A stretch of 28,520 nucleotides of DNA from a virus (lineage: Duplodnaviria; Heunggongvirae; Uroviricota; Caudoviricetes), in IMG/VR virus record IMGVR_UViG_2657245664_000013, positions 1 to 28,520 of that record; one strand, written 5' to 3'. Shown in pieces: positions 7,740 to 17,312 of the stretch. The notes under the pieces were generated by a model. The model saw nothing but the letters and a program-made list of their open reading frames with translations. It was not told the DNA's origin and made no database searches. The position numbers were made by a program, and so were the translations under genes. Each line of letters opens with the position of its first letter. Position 1 is the stretch's first letter.

Positions 7740-10700
7740 TCAGCTAATCGTGATGCCTGCAGTGGCTTTCTTCATCACCACAACCAGCAAATCGCTGATA
7801 CTTGCTGTGGGATAATAACGCCCGTGTGACGCAGAAACTGAAAACTCCAGAGTTATTCCTCCAGAACCGGCAGGCATATCCATGATACCTGTGTAAATGG
7901 CTGTGACATCGGTGGTCGATCTGTCATAAATTACAGAACCATTCTTTTTTACAACAAGACGACAGGATGAATAAGTCTCGTTATCCCCCCGCCCATGTTT
8001 AGCGCCACGAAACGCCACCGCGGGAATAACAATCTGCCGGTCAAACGGCTGATCGTCATAAATCCTGACGGTAATGGTCCCTGATGGCCACCGTTCCGGT
8101 GCACGGGAGTCCCGGGGGAAAGCTTTGCCCACTGTTTTAACGAGATCGCCTTCAATCTGGTTCGCGGACAGTTTTCCCAGAACCCGGCAGTTCTCGTTAA
8201 TCGTGACGTTGTTGAGCGTCCCGGAGTTCGCATTCACGTTACCGCTGATATCGGCATTTTTCGCCGTCAGCCGCCCGTCCGGTGTCAGGGAAAATGCCGG
8301 AGGATTACCGCCGCTGGTAATGGTGGGAGCCGTCAGATATTTCAGGAACACTTCATTCATAAATATCTGATCGCCCTGACCAACAAACATCGGCTTTGTG
8401 TTGCCATTCGCAGGATTAACCATCGCAATCCTGTCCGCCGCCAGCAGCACCTGACTCTGCATGCCGTCAGGGGTGTTCTCAATACCGGCACCAATACCCG
8501 CGATATAAAGGCGTCCGTCCTGCATCTGCTGCAGCTTCACTGCCCACATGCTGTTCAGGTTATTATTTGTATCAACCTGAACTTTCTGTATCTGCTGGAT
8601 TGCCGCACTCTGGTCTTCCAGTTTTTTATTGACGGTCTGCGTGATTTCATTGCTGACATTCGTAATGGACGTCCTGATTTCAGCCAGGTCCGGCGCAAGC
8701 TGACCGTTATCAATCTGCGTCCACAACTCCTGGGCCAGATGTGTTTTCCCGATTTCTCCTTTGAAAAAATCCAGGTAACCTTCCGCATCATCGCTCGCCC
8801 GACCGACGGCCTCCACGAATGCCGATTTGCCAACGGTGTTCACACTGCGGATATAAAAGTAATAATCATGGCCCGGTTTGATATTGATACTGGCGGCTAT
8901 CCAGTACAGCCCCGTGCCAAGGTAGCGGGCTGTGGTTTCAACCTGCCTGATATCGGTAATCCGCGTTTCCGAGAACCAGAACTCAAACTGTACCGTCGGA
9001 TCATAAACCGCAAGATGCGGCGTGGCGGTTATCTGAAAATAGCCCGGCGTCAGCTCAATCCTCGACGGTGCTGCCGGTGCGGCAATCCGGAACGATACCG
9101 ACGCCGGATCGCCCTGCTGCCCCCGGGCATTTACCGCCCGGACTGTCAGCCTGTAGTTCCCCAGCGCCAGTTGCGTGAAGCGGTATGTGGTTTCCGTCGT
9201 CCGGGCCGTGCTGACCAGTCGCTCACTGCCGTCGTCCGCTGTTACGGTCAGACGGAGCAGGAAGCTCACGCCCTTCACCACCTTCGGTGTGTCCCATCGC
9301 GCCAGCACCTGATATTCCCCGCTGTCTGCAGTGACTTCGGCGGTCAGGTGCTGCACTGCTGGCGGCGTGACACCATTCACCGTGCCGCTCTGGTCACCGT
9401 CAAAGTGCGCCCCGTTATCCACGATGGCTTCTTTCTCCGGTACATGCTGCACGGCGGTGATGGCATACGTGCCGTCATCGTTCTCACGGATACTCACGCA
9501 GCGGAACAGGCGCTGGCGCAGCGTCGGCAGCTTCAGCCCCCACACGCTGTATTCTGCAACGCCGTCAGGAACACGGCTCACTTTCACCTTCACGCCGTCG
9601 GTGACGGACTGGACCTCCACGCTGACCGGATTACCCTGACCGTCAACCAGGCTTATCAGCGTGGTACCGGAGGATGGCAGCGTGATTTCACGGTCGAGCG
9701 TCAGCGTCCGGGTCTGGCTGTTCACCGCCAGCACGCGCCCGCCGGTGCTGATACCCGCATAGTCATCATCGCAGATTTCAATGACATCCCCCGGTACATG
9801 GCGAAGCCCTTCGGCACCCACGCTGAAGTCCACGGTCTGCGTTTCCAGCAGTTCTGTTTTAATCAGCCACAGCCCGGCGCGGTGCGCCTGCCCCCGGCTG
9901 GTACAGCCAAAGGCATCCATCTTCGTGACGTTACGACCGTAACGGGCAATGGCCTGCGTATCTTCAACAAGCTCTGTCGCCGTCTCCCAGCCGTTGTTCG
10001 GATCAATCCAGTTAACCTCAACGGCATTATGGCGGTCCTTCAGGGCGCTGAAGCTGTAGCGGAACGGCGCGCCATCATCCGGCATCACCACATTACTGCG
10101 GTTATAGGTCCACACCTTATCTGATGGTCGGTCCTGCACGAACGTCAGCGTCTGCCCGTTCCATACCGGCATACAGCGCATCGCCGAGCAGAAATCACTG
10201 AGCACATCCCACGCCTTGCGCTGTGTGGTCAGGTACGCATTACAGGTGATGCGCGGCTCCGTGCCGCCAAAGCCGTCCGGCACTGACTGGTCGCAGTACT
10301 GGCCGATGACATACAGCGCCCATTTATCCACATCCGCCGCACCAAGACGTTTCCCCATGCCGTAGCGCGGGTGGGTCAGCATATCCCACAGACACCAGGC
10401 CATGTTGTTGCTGTATGCCGGTTTAAACGTTCCGTCCCAGATACCGCTGTATTGCCGCGTCTGCGGGTTATAATTCGACGGCACCTGCAGAATACGCCCG
10501 CGCAGATGATAATTACGGCTCACCTGCTGGCTGCCGAACTGCTCCGAGTCCACCTGCACGCCGACCAGTGCCGTGTTCGGGTAGCACTGTTTCACATCGA
10601 TGATTTCTGTGTATGACGACCAGAGCGTTTTGTTCTGCAGCTGGTCTGTGGTGCTGTCCGGCGTCATCCTGCGCATCCGGATATTAAACGGGCGCGGCGG

Positions 10701-11216
10701 CAGGTTATCCACCACCACCGAGGCCAGATACTGCGACGTGGTTTTGCCCTTAATGGTGATGTCTTTTTCCGTCACCCAGCCACCGTTACGCTGTATCTGA
10801 ACCAGCAGACGGACTTCCGACGGATTCCTGTCACCCTTTGAGGTGGTTTCCACCAGTGCCTGCACACCGAAGGTAAAGCGCAGACGGTCGATGTTTGCAG
10901 ACGTGATGGTCCGGGTGATCGGCGTGTCGTATTTCACTTCCGTACCCAGCACCGTCTCGGAGCCGGAGGATTCAAATCCCTCCGGCGGAGTCTGCTCCTG
11001 CTCACCAGCCCGGAACACCACCGTGACACCGGCGATGTTGGTATTCCCCTCACTGTCCAGCACCGGCGTACTGTTCAGCAGCACGCTTTTTAATCCATCC
11101 ACCGGACCTTCAACCGGCCCTTCGCTGATGGCATCGATCACACTCAGCAACTGCGTGGACTTCAGGTTGTCCTTCGCTTCGCGCGGAGTATGCCCCTTAC
11201 TGCTGCCTTTACCCAT
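7740..11216 (-). CDS. J: Tail tip / host specificity protein J (central tail fiber)
   Basis: 1158 aa. N-terminal two-thirds match lambda gpJ as recalled ([34 protein letters not shown] ...). The C-terminal third diverges from lambda's receptor-binding end. Confidence 0.93.
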   Translation of the reverse strand: MGKGSSKGHTPREAKDNLKSTQLLSVIDAISEGPVEGPVDGLKSVLLNSTPVLDSEGNTNIAGVTVVFRAGEQEQTPPEGFESSGSETVLGTEVKYDTPITRTITSANIDRLRFTFGVQALVETTSKGDRNPSEVRLLVQIQRNGGWVTEKDITIKGKTTSQYLASVVVDNLPPRPFNIRMRRMTPDSTTDQLQNKTLWSSYTEIIDVKQCYPNTALVGVQVDSEQFGSQQVSRNYHLRGRILQVPSNYNPQTRQYSGIWDGTFKPAYSNNMAWCLWDMLTHPRYGMGKRLGAADVDKWALYVIGQYCDQSVPDGFGGTEPRITCNAYLTTQRKAWDVLSDFCSAMRCMPVWNGQTLTFVQDRPSDKVWTYNRSNVVMPDDGAPFRYSFSALKDRHNAVEVNWIDPNNGWETATELVEDTQAIARYGRNVTKMDAFGCTSRGQAHRAGLWLIKTELLETQTVDFSVGAEGLRHVPGDVIEICDDDYAGISTGGRVLAVNSQTRTLTLDREITLPSSGTTLISLVDGQGNPVSVEVQSVTDGVKVKVSRVPDGVAEYSVWGLKLPTLRQRLFRCVSIRENDDGTYAITAVQHVPEKEAIVDNGAHFDGDQSGTVNGVTPPAVQHLTAEVTADSGEYQVLARWDTPKVVKGVSFLLRLTVTADDGSERLVSTARTTETTYRFTQLALGNYRLTVRAVNARGQQGDPASVSFRIAAPAAPSRIELTPGYFQITATPHLAVYDPTVQFEFWFSETRITDIRQVETTARYLGTGLYWIAASINIKPGHDYYFYIRSVNTVGKSAFVEAVGRASDDAEGYLDFFKGEIGKTHLAQELWTQIDNGQLAPDLAEIRTSITNVSNEITQTVNKKLEDQSAAIQQIQKVQVDTNNNLNSMWAVKLQQMQDGRLYIAGIGAGIENTPDGMQSQVLLAADRIAMVNPANGNTKPMFVGQGDQIFMNEVFLKYLTAPTITSGGNPPAFSLTPDGRLTAKNADISGNVNANSGTLNNVTINENCRVLGKLSANQIEGDLVKTVGKAFPRDSRAPERWPSGTITVRIYDDQPFDRQIVIPAVAFRGAKHGRGDNETYSSCRLVVKKNGSVIYDRSTTDVTAIYTGIMDMPAGSGGITLEFSVSASHGRYYPTASISDLLVVVMKKATAGITIS

Positions 11217-11237
11217 TCGTCACGCTCCATAAACGAC

Positions 11238-11257
11238 AAAACCGCCCGCAGGCGGTT
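11238..11257 (-). terminator. Terminator-like stem-loop in the I-J intergenic region
   Basis: AAACCGCC-CGCA-GGCGGTTT. Minus-strand RNA is followed by UUUUGUCGUUUAU and then the J RBS GGAG. Possible attenuator in the late operon. Confidence 0.4.
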
Positions 11258-11276
11258 TCACATAAAACGTTTTTCA

Positions 11277-11948
11277 TCAGCGACCAATCACCACAACCTG
11301 ACCACCATCCCCTTCGTCTGCCGTGCTGATCTCCTGAGAGACCACCCGCGACCCCACGCGCATTTCACCGTACAGAACGGGCAGAACATTGCCCTGGGCA
11401 ACCATGTTATCCAGTGAGGAGAAATAGGTGTTCTGTTTGCCGTTATCTGTACTTGCTGCCGTGGGCGTCCTGGCTTTCGGTGCCAGCATCTGCGCCACAC
11501 CACCGAGCACCATACTGGCACCGAGAGAAAACAGGATGCCGGTCATACCACCGGCCCCAATGGCTGCCCCCCATGCTGCAAGGGTGGCTCCGGCGGTAAA
11601 GAATGATCCGGCAATGGCGGCAGCCCCCAGGACAATCTGGAATACGCCACCTGACTTGGCCCCGGCGACTCTGGGAACAATATGAATCACAGCGCCATCA
11701 GGCAGAGTCTCATGTAACTGCGCCGTTAACCCGGACGTGCTGACGTCCCGCCCGGCAATCCGTACCTGATACCAGCCGTCGCTCAGTTTCTGACGAAACG
11801 CCGGGAGCTGTGTGGCCAGTGCCCGGATGGCTTCAGCCCCCGTTTTCACACGAAGGTCGATGCGGCGACCAAATCGTTGTAAATTCCCGTAAAGGCAGAT
11901 GCGCGCCATGCCCGGTGACGCCAGAGGGAGTGTGTGCGTCGCTGCCAT
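11277..11948 (-). CDS. I: Tail tip assembly protein I
   Basis: 223 aa, lambda gpI-like throughout (MAATHTLPLASPGMARICLYG ... GQVVVIGR), with the Gly/Ala-rich hydrophobic middle. Confidence 0.92.
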   Translation of the reverse strand: MAATHTLPLASPGMARICLYGNLQRFGRRIDLRVKTGAEAIRALATQLPAFRQKLSDGWYQVRIAGRDVSTSGLTAQLHETLPDGAVIHIVPRVAGAKSGGVFQIVLGAAAIAGSFFTAGATLAAWGAAIGAGGMTGILFSLGASMVLGGVAQMLAPKARTPTAASTDNGKQNTYFSSLDNMVAQGNVLPVLYGEMRVGSRVVSQEISTADEGDGGQVVVIGR

Positions 11949-12589
11949 TTGTCGGTGTACCTCTCTCGTTTGCTCAGTTGTTCAGGAATATGGTGCAGCA
12001 GCTCGCCGTCGCCGCAGTAAATTGCGGCGTGATTCGGCACCGATGAACCAAAACAGCACAGCAGCACATCGCCCGGCTGTGCCGCTGACAACGGCACCTG
12101 ATACAGCCCCGTCGCCTCCAGATTATCCAGATAGAGATTCTGGCCGTTACGCCACCAGTCATCCTCACGATGAAAGTCCGGCATCTCAATCCCCGCCAGA
12201 TGATAAGCATCCCGGAACAGGGTGTAACAGTCCGTCACACCGTGCTCAAAGCGCCGCCCGGTAAGATGCGGCACACAGCGGAACTTATGAATCGTCCCCC
12301 GGCAGACCAGCCACCACGGCAAATCACTCTGCACCTGCAGCCGCCGGTCGGCCTCACTCAGCCAGGGCAGACCACCGGGGTGGCTGTGGACCAGCGCCAC
12401 AATCTCACCCTGCATTTCTGCCTGCAGCCAGTCTTCCGGCGACATACGGAAATACGCCTCCGGCTCACCGGAGATATTCACGCAGGGGAAATATCTTTCC
12501 CCCTCCGGCGTTCTCACCACGAAGCCGCACGACTCCGCTGGCGCACATCGCCGGGCGTGCGCCAGAATCGCTGATTCTGTCTCTGTCAT
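11846..12589 (-). CDS. K: Tail tip assembly protein K (MPN/JAB plus NlpC/P60 domains)
   Basis: JAB-like HSHP motif and NlpC/P60-like Cys (TDCYTL) and His (NHAAIY) residues. ATG at 12587-12589, 5 nt after the L stop. Overlaps I by 103 nt, as in lambda. The 272-aa track ORF is an N-terminal over-extension. Confidence 0.88.
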   Translation of the reverse strand: MTETESAILAHARRCAPAESCGFVVRTPEGERYFPCVNISGEPEAYFRMSPEDWLQAEMQGEIVALVHSHPGGLPWLSEADRRLQVQSDLPWWLVCRGTIHKFRCVPHLTGRRFEHGVTDCYTLFRDAYHLAGIEMPDFHREDDWWRNGQNLYLDNLEATGLYQVPLSAAQPGDVLLCCFGSSVPNHAAIYCGDGELLHHIPEQLSKRERYTDKWQRRTHSLWRHRAWRASAFTGIYNDLVAASTFV

Positions 12590-12593
12590 GGGT

Positions 12594-13292
12594 TTACTGC
12601 GAAAGTTTGTTAATGGAAAGGTAGCCGCCAAAATTGCCGACGTTATTGCGGAACTTGCAACCACTCAGGCATTTGCTGCACTTATCCTTCGTGATATCGG
12701 ACGTTGGCTGGTCATATTCATCCGCGACCGCCGGGCCATCATAACCGCACTCATCGCCGCGGTAGATCCAGGTGCAGGTGTTGGCCAGCATGATGCGCCC
12801 CGGAAAAACAGCGCCATCCGTTTCCGTCGGTGTGGACAGCACAAAAGAGGCACTGACCGCGCTCAGTTCGCTGCACTGTTCGATGCGCCAGCGGCTGATC
12901 ACCTCCTGCTCCGGATCGGCGTCACTGTTTCCGTTGACGAAGTTCACCGCATCCAGAAAACGGGCGTAAACCTTACGCCGGACCACCGTTCCGCCGACCA
13001 GACTCTGCAGATCTTCCGCCATCCCGGTGACCATGCCGTACAGATTAGAGACTTTAAGCGTTGGCCTTGCACTGGCTCCTTTGCCGTTCATCTCAAATCC
13101 GCTTCCCTGAATGGGATAAGCCTGATACTGCCGCCCCTGCCAGGTGACTGGTTCACCTTTTTCGTTCTGCTCATTACAGAAGAAATAACGATCTCCGCCG
13201 ACCTCTGTCAGATCAATTTCCCAGAGCACGACCAGCGCGGATTGCTCCGTTTTAGTGCACTCATTGAGTGTTTCCTGCTGTATATCCTGCAT
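12594..13292 (-). CDS. L: Minor tail protein L
   Basis: 232 aa, lambda gpL-like (MQDIQQETLNEC ... CSKCLSGCKFRNNVGNFGG.LSINKLSQ). ATG overlaps the M stop. Confidence 0.93.
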   Translation of the reverse strand: MQDIQQETLNECTKTEQSALVVLWEIDLTEVGGDRYFFCNEQNEKGEPVTWQGRQYQAYPIQGSGFEMNGKGASARPTLKVSNLYGMVTGMAEDLQSLVGGTVVRRKVYARFLDAVNFVNGNSDADPEQEVISRWRIEQCSELSAVSASFVLSTPTETDGAVFPGRIMLANTCTWIYRGDECGYDGPAVADEYDQPTSDITKDKCSKCLSGCKFRNNVGNFGGYLSINKLSQ

Positions 13293-13633
13293 CAGTGAGT
13301 GACCTCTTCAAAGGTACAGTTAAAATCGGTATACATGGCATTATCCGAAATGCTCCACTCCCTGCAGACAACCCGGACAGTCCTGTTGTGTTTTGGCGGA
13401 CGCCACAAAAAAGCACGAATCCCGGCATGACGGGATAAAAAACTGTCCAGCGCGGCACGGGAATATTCATCTGTGACACGAAATACCGGTTTAAACGTTT
13501 TCAGATCTGCATTCAGACCACCAGCCCGTCGCTGTTCATATCCGTCACCGAACTTTACCGTAATAACAGATGGCTTTCGTGTCGTCTCCATCCCCTCGCG
13601 GGGGATCCAGTTAAAAACTTCAGACTCAGGCAC
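13292..13633 (-). CDS. M: Minor tail protein M
   Basis: gpM-like (VKFGDGY ... FLWRPP). Preferred start is the GTG at 13631-13633, preceded by a strong SD GGAGGA; the track start at 13678 is TTG with no SD. The ATG at 13591 is an alternative. Confidence 0.82.
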   Translation of the reverse strand: MPESEVFNWIPREGMETTRKPSVITVKFGDGYEQRRAGGLNADLKTFKPVFRVTDEYSRAALDSFLSRHAGIRAFLWRPPKHNRTVRVVCREWSISDNAMYTDFNCTFEEVTH

Positions 13634-16600
13634 TGTACAATCCTCCGTCCCGACGTGATGACTGCATAATTGACACAACCCTGCTGTCGATCAGATCCAC
13701 CAGTCCCCTGGCTGAGCGCGCATCTATCTCGCCATTGCTCCCTTGATTCTGAATGCTGATGTGATACACGGGAGAATAAACAAATCCACCGCCACCATTC
13801 ACATTTCCAATGGCCCTGACCCCAAGAGAGCCGTCCGCTGCCCGTGTCAGTGGCATGATTGCTTCAGGCCCGGCCTCGCCCATCAGCCCGGCACCTTTCG
13901 CAAAAGCAAAATACGTCGGGGTATCCACAATGGTGTTACTGTAAGCACTCAGATTTGCCGATGTATAAACACCACCTTTTGCGTTTGCCACTGCACCGGA
14001 AAGCCAGTCGCCGACTGTACCAAGCCATCCTCCGGCACCGGACATGCTTTTGGAAAGTGACTTCAGCCCGTTAACGATGGCAGCGTTCATCAGAATTTTT
14101 GAAACTTCCTGGAGAACTGAACTCCCCCAGTTTCTCCAGTCCACAACATTTCCGGCCAGTGCATCGGAAATATTTGATACCAGCCCGTCCATAGTGGAAA
14201 CGACAGCATCTGCCGCCTGCGAAGCATAATCGGTGGCACTGTCTGCCCAGTTCGTCAGTCCCTCCTGGAGTCCGGCATTCCAGTTACTGCGTAAAGCATC
14301 AGCCTTTGCATAATAATCCTGCTGATCGCTGAGACGCTCTTCCAGATATTTTTCATTCAGAGATTTTTCCTGTTTCCACAGGGCTTCTTCAATTTCTCCG
14401 GCCTGATACTGTCTCAGTAGCTCGTTATTTTTCTGCTCAAACGCCTGCCGGATACTCCACATTTCCTGGAGTCGTTCACGCATCCGTGAGCCTTCACCAT
14501 ATCCCAGCAACTGCGCTTCGTCAGATGCCCGGGCACTGGCATTACTGTCCGCCAGACTGCTCTCATACGCAGCAAGCTGCTCACGAATCTTTTTCTGGTC
14601 GATGAGTGCTGCATTCTGCAAAAGCGTTTTTTTCTGCGCTTCTGACAGGGTTGATAATTCGCCCTGACTGACCTGATATTTCATCTTAGCCAGTTCAGCA
14701 TTCTGCCCTGCCAGTGCTATTTGTTCTTTTTGCTGTTTAATCAGCCGTTTATAAATATCTTCTGTTTTTTCCGCTTCGGTCTTTTTATGCGCTTTGGGTT
14801 TATTTGCCTGGTTATTTCGCCAGGCATCCAGTGAGTTATTGATATAATTCTGTCTGGCTGTCTGATACGCCTCTCCCACAAAGCCGAGATCATCCGCAGC
14901 ATAACCCAGGCGGGCACGCTCACGGGCTTCCCCCTTCAGGCGGGACAGAGCCAGTTCGCGCTCGCTGTTATTCAGTGCGGTCTGCTGTTTATCATCCAGG
15001 GTTGCCTGTGGTAGCCGTAACGGTACATTCACCAGCCCCTGTCGCTGCTGAAGTAATTCATTACCGAGCCCGAGAAGGCGATTAAACTCGGTATGCTGCC
15101 CATTCATGATCAACAGGGACTGATACGCTTTGTTTTGTTCCGCTGCCTGTTGACGGATCAACGCCACCCGTCGCTCCTCCAGCCCGGCAAGCACATCCTG
15201 AATGGATTGCGCTTTGCCCTGCATTTGTGTGAGACGGGACTGTTCAACTGCCAGTTGATTTGTTGCTTCTGCAAGCCCTTCTGTGACAGTTTTTACCGAC
15301 GTCATGTGGTTAATCATAAAACCGTTATCGGTTGTCCAGCCCGGGTTTGCCAGCACATACTGATAGCCAGCAATTTTTTCCTGTAAGGATTTAATCTTAC
15401 TTTTCTGCTCGTCAATTAACCTGTTTTGCTCATCAAGTGCCTGCCGCGTCTTTTCCTCATTATCTGACGCTTCAGGAAGCGACATTGCCGACGTTTTCTG
15501 GCGAATTTCGTCGATTGTTGCGGCATACTGGCGTGCAGATTCTCTGGCCTGCTCCTGATTCTGATACATCGTGTACCAGGCCGCAGCCCCCAGCATGACA
15601 AGCCCCGGCACACCACCAACCAGTCCCAGTGCTCCACTTAACAGACGACTCCCCACTGACGTAACATTATTCAGCGTTGTCTGCGCTGCTGTTCTGGCCG
15701 CAATATTACGGGTAAGTGATGCCTGGGCAGCTGTCAGCTTCGCTTCTGCTGCGGCCTGCCTTTCGGTACCACGGGTAGCCGCAACCGCCTGTTGCGCACG
15801 ATAAACCGCAGCACGCGCCCTGGCGGTTGCTATCTTTGTCCCCCGGAGTTGCGCTTCAGCAAGAGCCACTTCGTTTCTGGCTGCAGTAATTAATCCGGCA
15901 GTTGCAGATCCAGCAGAAGACGCCATATTGCCAAAATACCGGGCTACCCCGACGGCAACCAGTGCACCGGCAGCGGTTGCCACGGTGTCAATATTGCCTG
16001 CAATACCATTCAGCACACCGGAGAGCGTCTTCGTCACTCCGCTTGCCTCGTTCGCACCACCAACCCAGGCCATAAAGGCGTTTTCAACTTTGGTTGCAGA
16101 GGATGAAACCGTATCAGGCATTGCCGCATATTCATCACGTAATGCCCCAAGCTGACTAATCAGTGCAGGAACAACCTTATCGGCGGTCAGTTTTCCGTTA
16201 TCCGCCATGGCCTTCAGATCCTTACGGGCAACGCCCATTCCCGCAGCCAGCGCGCGAATAACACGATCGCCGTTCTCATTCACCGAGTTAAATTCTTCAC
16301 CGCGCAGCACTCCCTGCGCCAGTACCTGACTGAACTGCGTGATCACCGAACTGGCTTCTGCGGTACTGGCACCGGATAATTTCAGGCCCGTGGAGATCGC
16401 CTCGGTGACTTTCAGTACCTCCTCAGAACTGTAGCCATACTCCCGCATGGAAGCTGCAGAGCGGGCAAAAAGGCTGGCGTTATCAGAAAACGCCGTTCCC
16501 GTTCTCTGGCTGATTGCCATTAATTCACGTTGTGATACCTGAAAATCATCACTGGACTGTGAAGCCTGCTTCAGACGGGCATTTACTGAATTCCACTCAT

Positions 16601-16871
16601 CGGCGAGAGAAATAAGATGACCGGTAGCAAAAGCTCCGGCAAATGCCCCCGCCATATTCAGTGCCGAAGATTTAGCTGTATTTATCTGATCCGTCACTTC
16701 TGCCAGTGCACGCCGCATTTCACGGGATGCAGCAGCGGACTGCCGGCCTCCGTTCTGCATGGTACGGTAGTAATCCTGCCCCATACGCGAAGCCCGGGAG
16801 ATCTCTGACTGGAATGACCGGGAATTTGCCGAGATTTTAATAATCAGTTCACGTAATGTCGCCACACTCAT
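13626..16871 (-). CDS. H: Tail tape measure protein
   Basis: 1081 aa, largely alpha-helical and coiled-coil-like, Ala/Gln-rich, with a hydrophobic Gly-rich segment. Sits between the G/T chaperones and M-L-K-I-J. Confidence 0.9.
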   Translation of the reverse strand: MSVATLRELIIKISANSRSFQSEISRASRMGQDYYRTMQNGGRQSAAASREMRRALAEVTDQINTAKSSALNMAGAFAGAFATGHLISLADEWNSVNARLKQASQSSDDFQVSQRELMAISQRTGTAFSDNASLFARSAASMREYGYSSEEVLKVTEAISTGLKLSGASTAEASSVITQFSQVLAQGVLRGEEFNSVNENGDRVIRALAAGMGVARKDLKAMADNGKLTADKVVPALISQLGALRDEYAAMPDTVSSSATKVENAFMAWVGGANEASGVTKTLSGVLNGIAGNIDTVATAAGALVAVGVARYFGNMASSAGSATAGLITAARNEVALAEAQLRGTKIATARARAAVYRAQQAVAATRGTERQAAAEAKLTAAQASLTRNIAARTAAQTTLNNVTSVGSRLLSGALGLVGGVPGLVMLGAAAWYTMYQNQEQARESARQYAATIDEIRQKTSAMSLPEASDNEEKTRQALDEQNRLIDEQKSKIKSLQEKIAGYQYVLANPGWTTDNGFMINHMTSVKTVTEGLAEATNQLAVEQSRLTQMQGKAQSIQDVLAGLEERRVALIRQQAAEQNKAYQSLLIMNGQHTEFNRLLGLGNELLQQRQGLVNVPLRLPQATLDDKQQTALNNSERELALSRLKGEARERARLGYAADDLGFVGEAYQTARQNYINNSLDAWRNNQANKPKAHKKTEAEKTEDIYKRLIKQQKEQIALAGQNAELAKMKYQVSQGELSTLSEAQKKTLLQNAALIDQKKIREQLAAYESSLADSNASARASDEAQLLGYGEGSRMRERLQEMWSIRQAFEQKNNELLRQYQAGEIEEALWKQEKSLNEKYLEERLSDQQDYYAKADALRSNWNAGLQEGLTNWADSATDYASQAADAVVSTMDGLVSNISDALAGNVVDWRNWGSSVLQEVSKILMNAAIVNGLKSLSKSMSGAGGWLGTVGDWLSGAVANAKGGVYTSANLSAYSNTIVDTPTYFAFAKGAGLMGEAGPEAIMPLTRAADGSLGVRAIGNVNGGGGFVYSPVYHISIQNQGSNGEIDARSARGLVDLIDSRVVSIMQSSRRDGGLYSA

Positions 16872-16880
16872 TCTCCGGAC

Positions 16881-16908
16881 GAAAAAAAACCGCCGAAGCG
16901 GTTTTTGT
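16881..16908. terminator. Strong bidirectional intrinsic terminator at the 3' end of the moron gene, immediately upstream of the tape measure start
   Basis: GAAAAAAAA-CCGCCGAAGCGG-TTTTTGTATTC. On minus-strand RNA the stem AACCGCUUCGGCGGUU is followed by UUUUUUUUCG, 6 nt after the moron stop at 16914-16916. Confidence 0.7.
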
Positions 16909-16913
16909 ATTCT

Positions 16914-17255
16914 TTAAAGAAGTCCGGCCTTACGCCTTGCTTCCTGAAGATATTCATCATCCGTTTTTTGTGAAACGGAACTATCTGCATTGCAAATTAA
17001 ATCACTACCGCAATGCTTACATTTAATAGCCTCTTCTTTGATCAACTCCGCACAGTAAGGGCATTTCTTCATGCCATTGCTTACCATTTGTTGTTCATGT
17101 GCCTTCTCATCTCTTTGGATTACTAGCGAATGAACCAGAGCAACAATAAAGATCATCGCACCATATACCCACCATCCTAAAAATGAGCGACCTTTGCTTT
17201 TCGCAATAATAGCTGGAATTAGTCCCAAAACTATTGAAATAAGTAAAAATTCCAT
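16914..17255 (-). CDS. Moron: small membrane protein with two N-terminal hydrophobic helices and a C-terminal CxxC-x12-CxxC zinc ribbon; function unknown
   Basis: 113 aa starting at the ATG at 17253-17255 (track start 17258 is TTG), with SD AAGGA upstream. Two hydrophobic helices ([38 protein letters not shown]) then CPYC...CKHC. Clearly AT-richer than flanking tail genes. Inserted where lambda T and H are contiguous. Confidence 0.7.
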   Translation of the reverse strand: MEFLLISIVLGLIPAIIAKSKGRSFLGWWVYGAMIFIVALVHSLVIQRDEKAHEQQMVSNGMKKCPYCAELIKEEAIKCKHCGSDLICNADSSVSQKTDDEYLQEARRKAGLL

Positions 17256-17274
17256 CAATGTTTCCTTACTTTCT

Positions 17275-17303
17275 CAATAAAATGGGAATAATAATCCAGT
17301 CAA
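17275..17303 (-). promoter_or_regulatory. Putative sigma-70 promoter of the moron gene
   Basis: Minus strand TTGACT (-35-like, 17298-17303), 17-18 nt spacer, weak -10 (TTATTG or TATTGA), then SD AAGGA and ATG. Only the -35 is a good match. Confidence 0.35.
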
Positions 17304-17312
17304 GTGAAAAGA

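Noticed and set aside
8739-10124. 461-aa plus-strand ORF antisense to J.
   Set aside because: Fully embedded antisense in a highly conserved gene. Arg-rich, typical of antisense translation of GC-rich coding DNA. No RBS or promoter context.
11846-12664. 272-aa extended form of K starting inside L.
   Set aside because: The extension overlaps the L coding region in another frame. The ATG at 12587-12589, directly after the L stop, gives the expected MPN plus NlpC/P60 protein.
12588-13298. 236-aa plus-strand ORF antisense to L, and similar antisense ORFs over K, the tape measure, capsid, portal, terL and HNH genes (for example 21052-21519, 22279-22935, 23908-24510, 25651-26223).
   Set aside because: All are contained within well-supported minus-strand genes and lack start signals. 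They are treated as shadow ORFs.
13591-13678. Alternative starts for gene M (TTG at 13678 from the ORF track, ATG at 13591).
   Set aside because: The TTG extension would overlap 50 nt of the tape measure 3' end with no SD. The GTG at 13631-13633 has a strong GGAGGA SD and gives an N-terminus the same length as lambda M. The ATG at 13591 remains possible but would delete conserved N-terminal residues.
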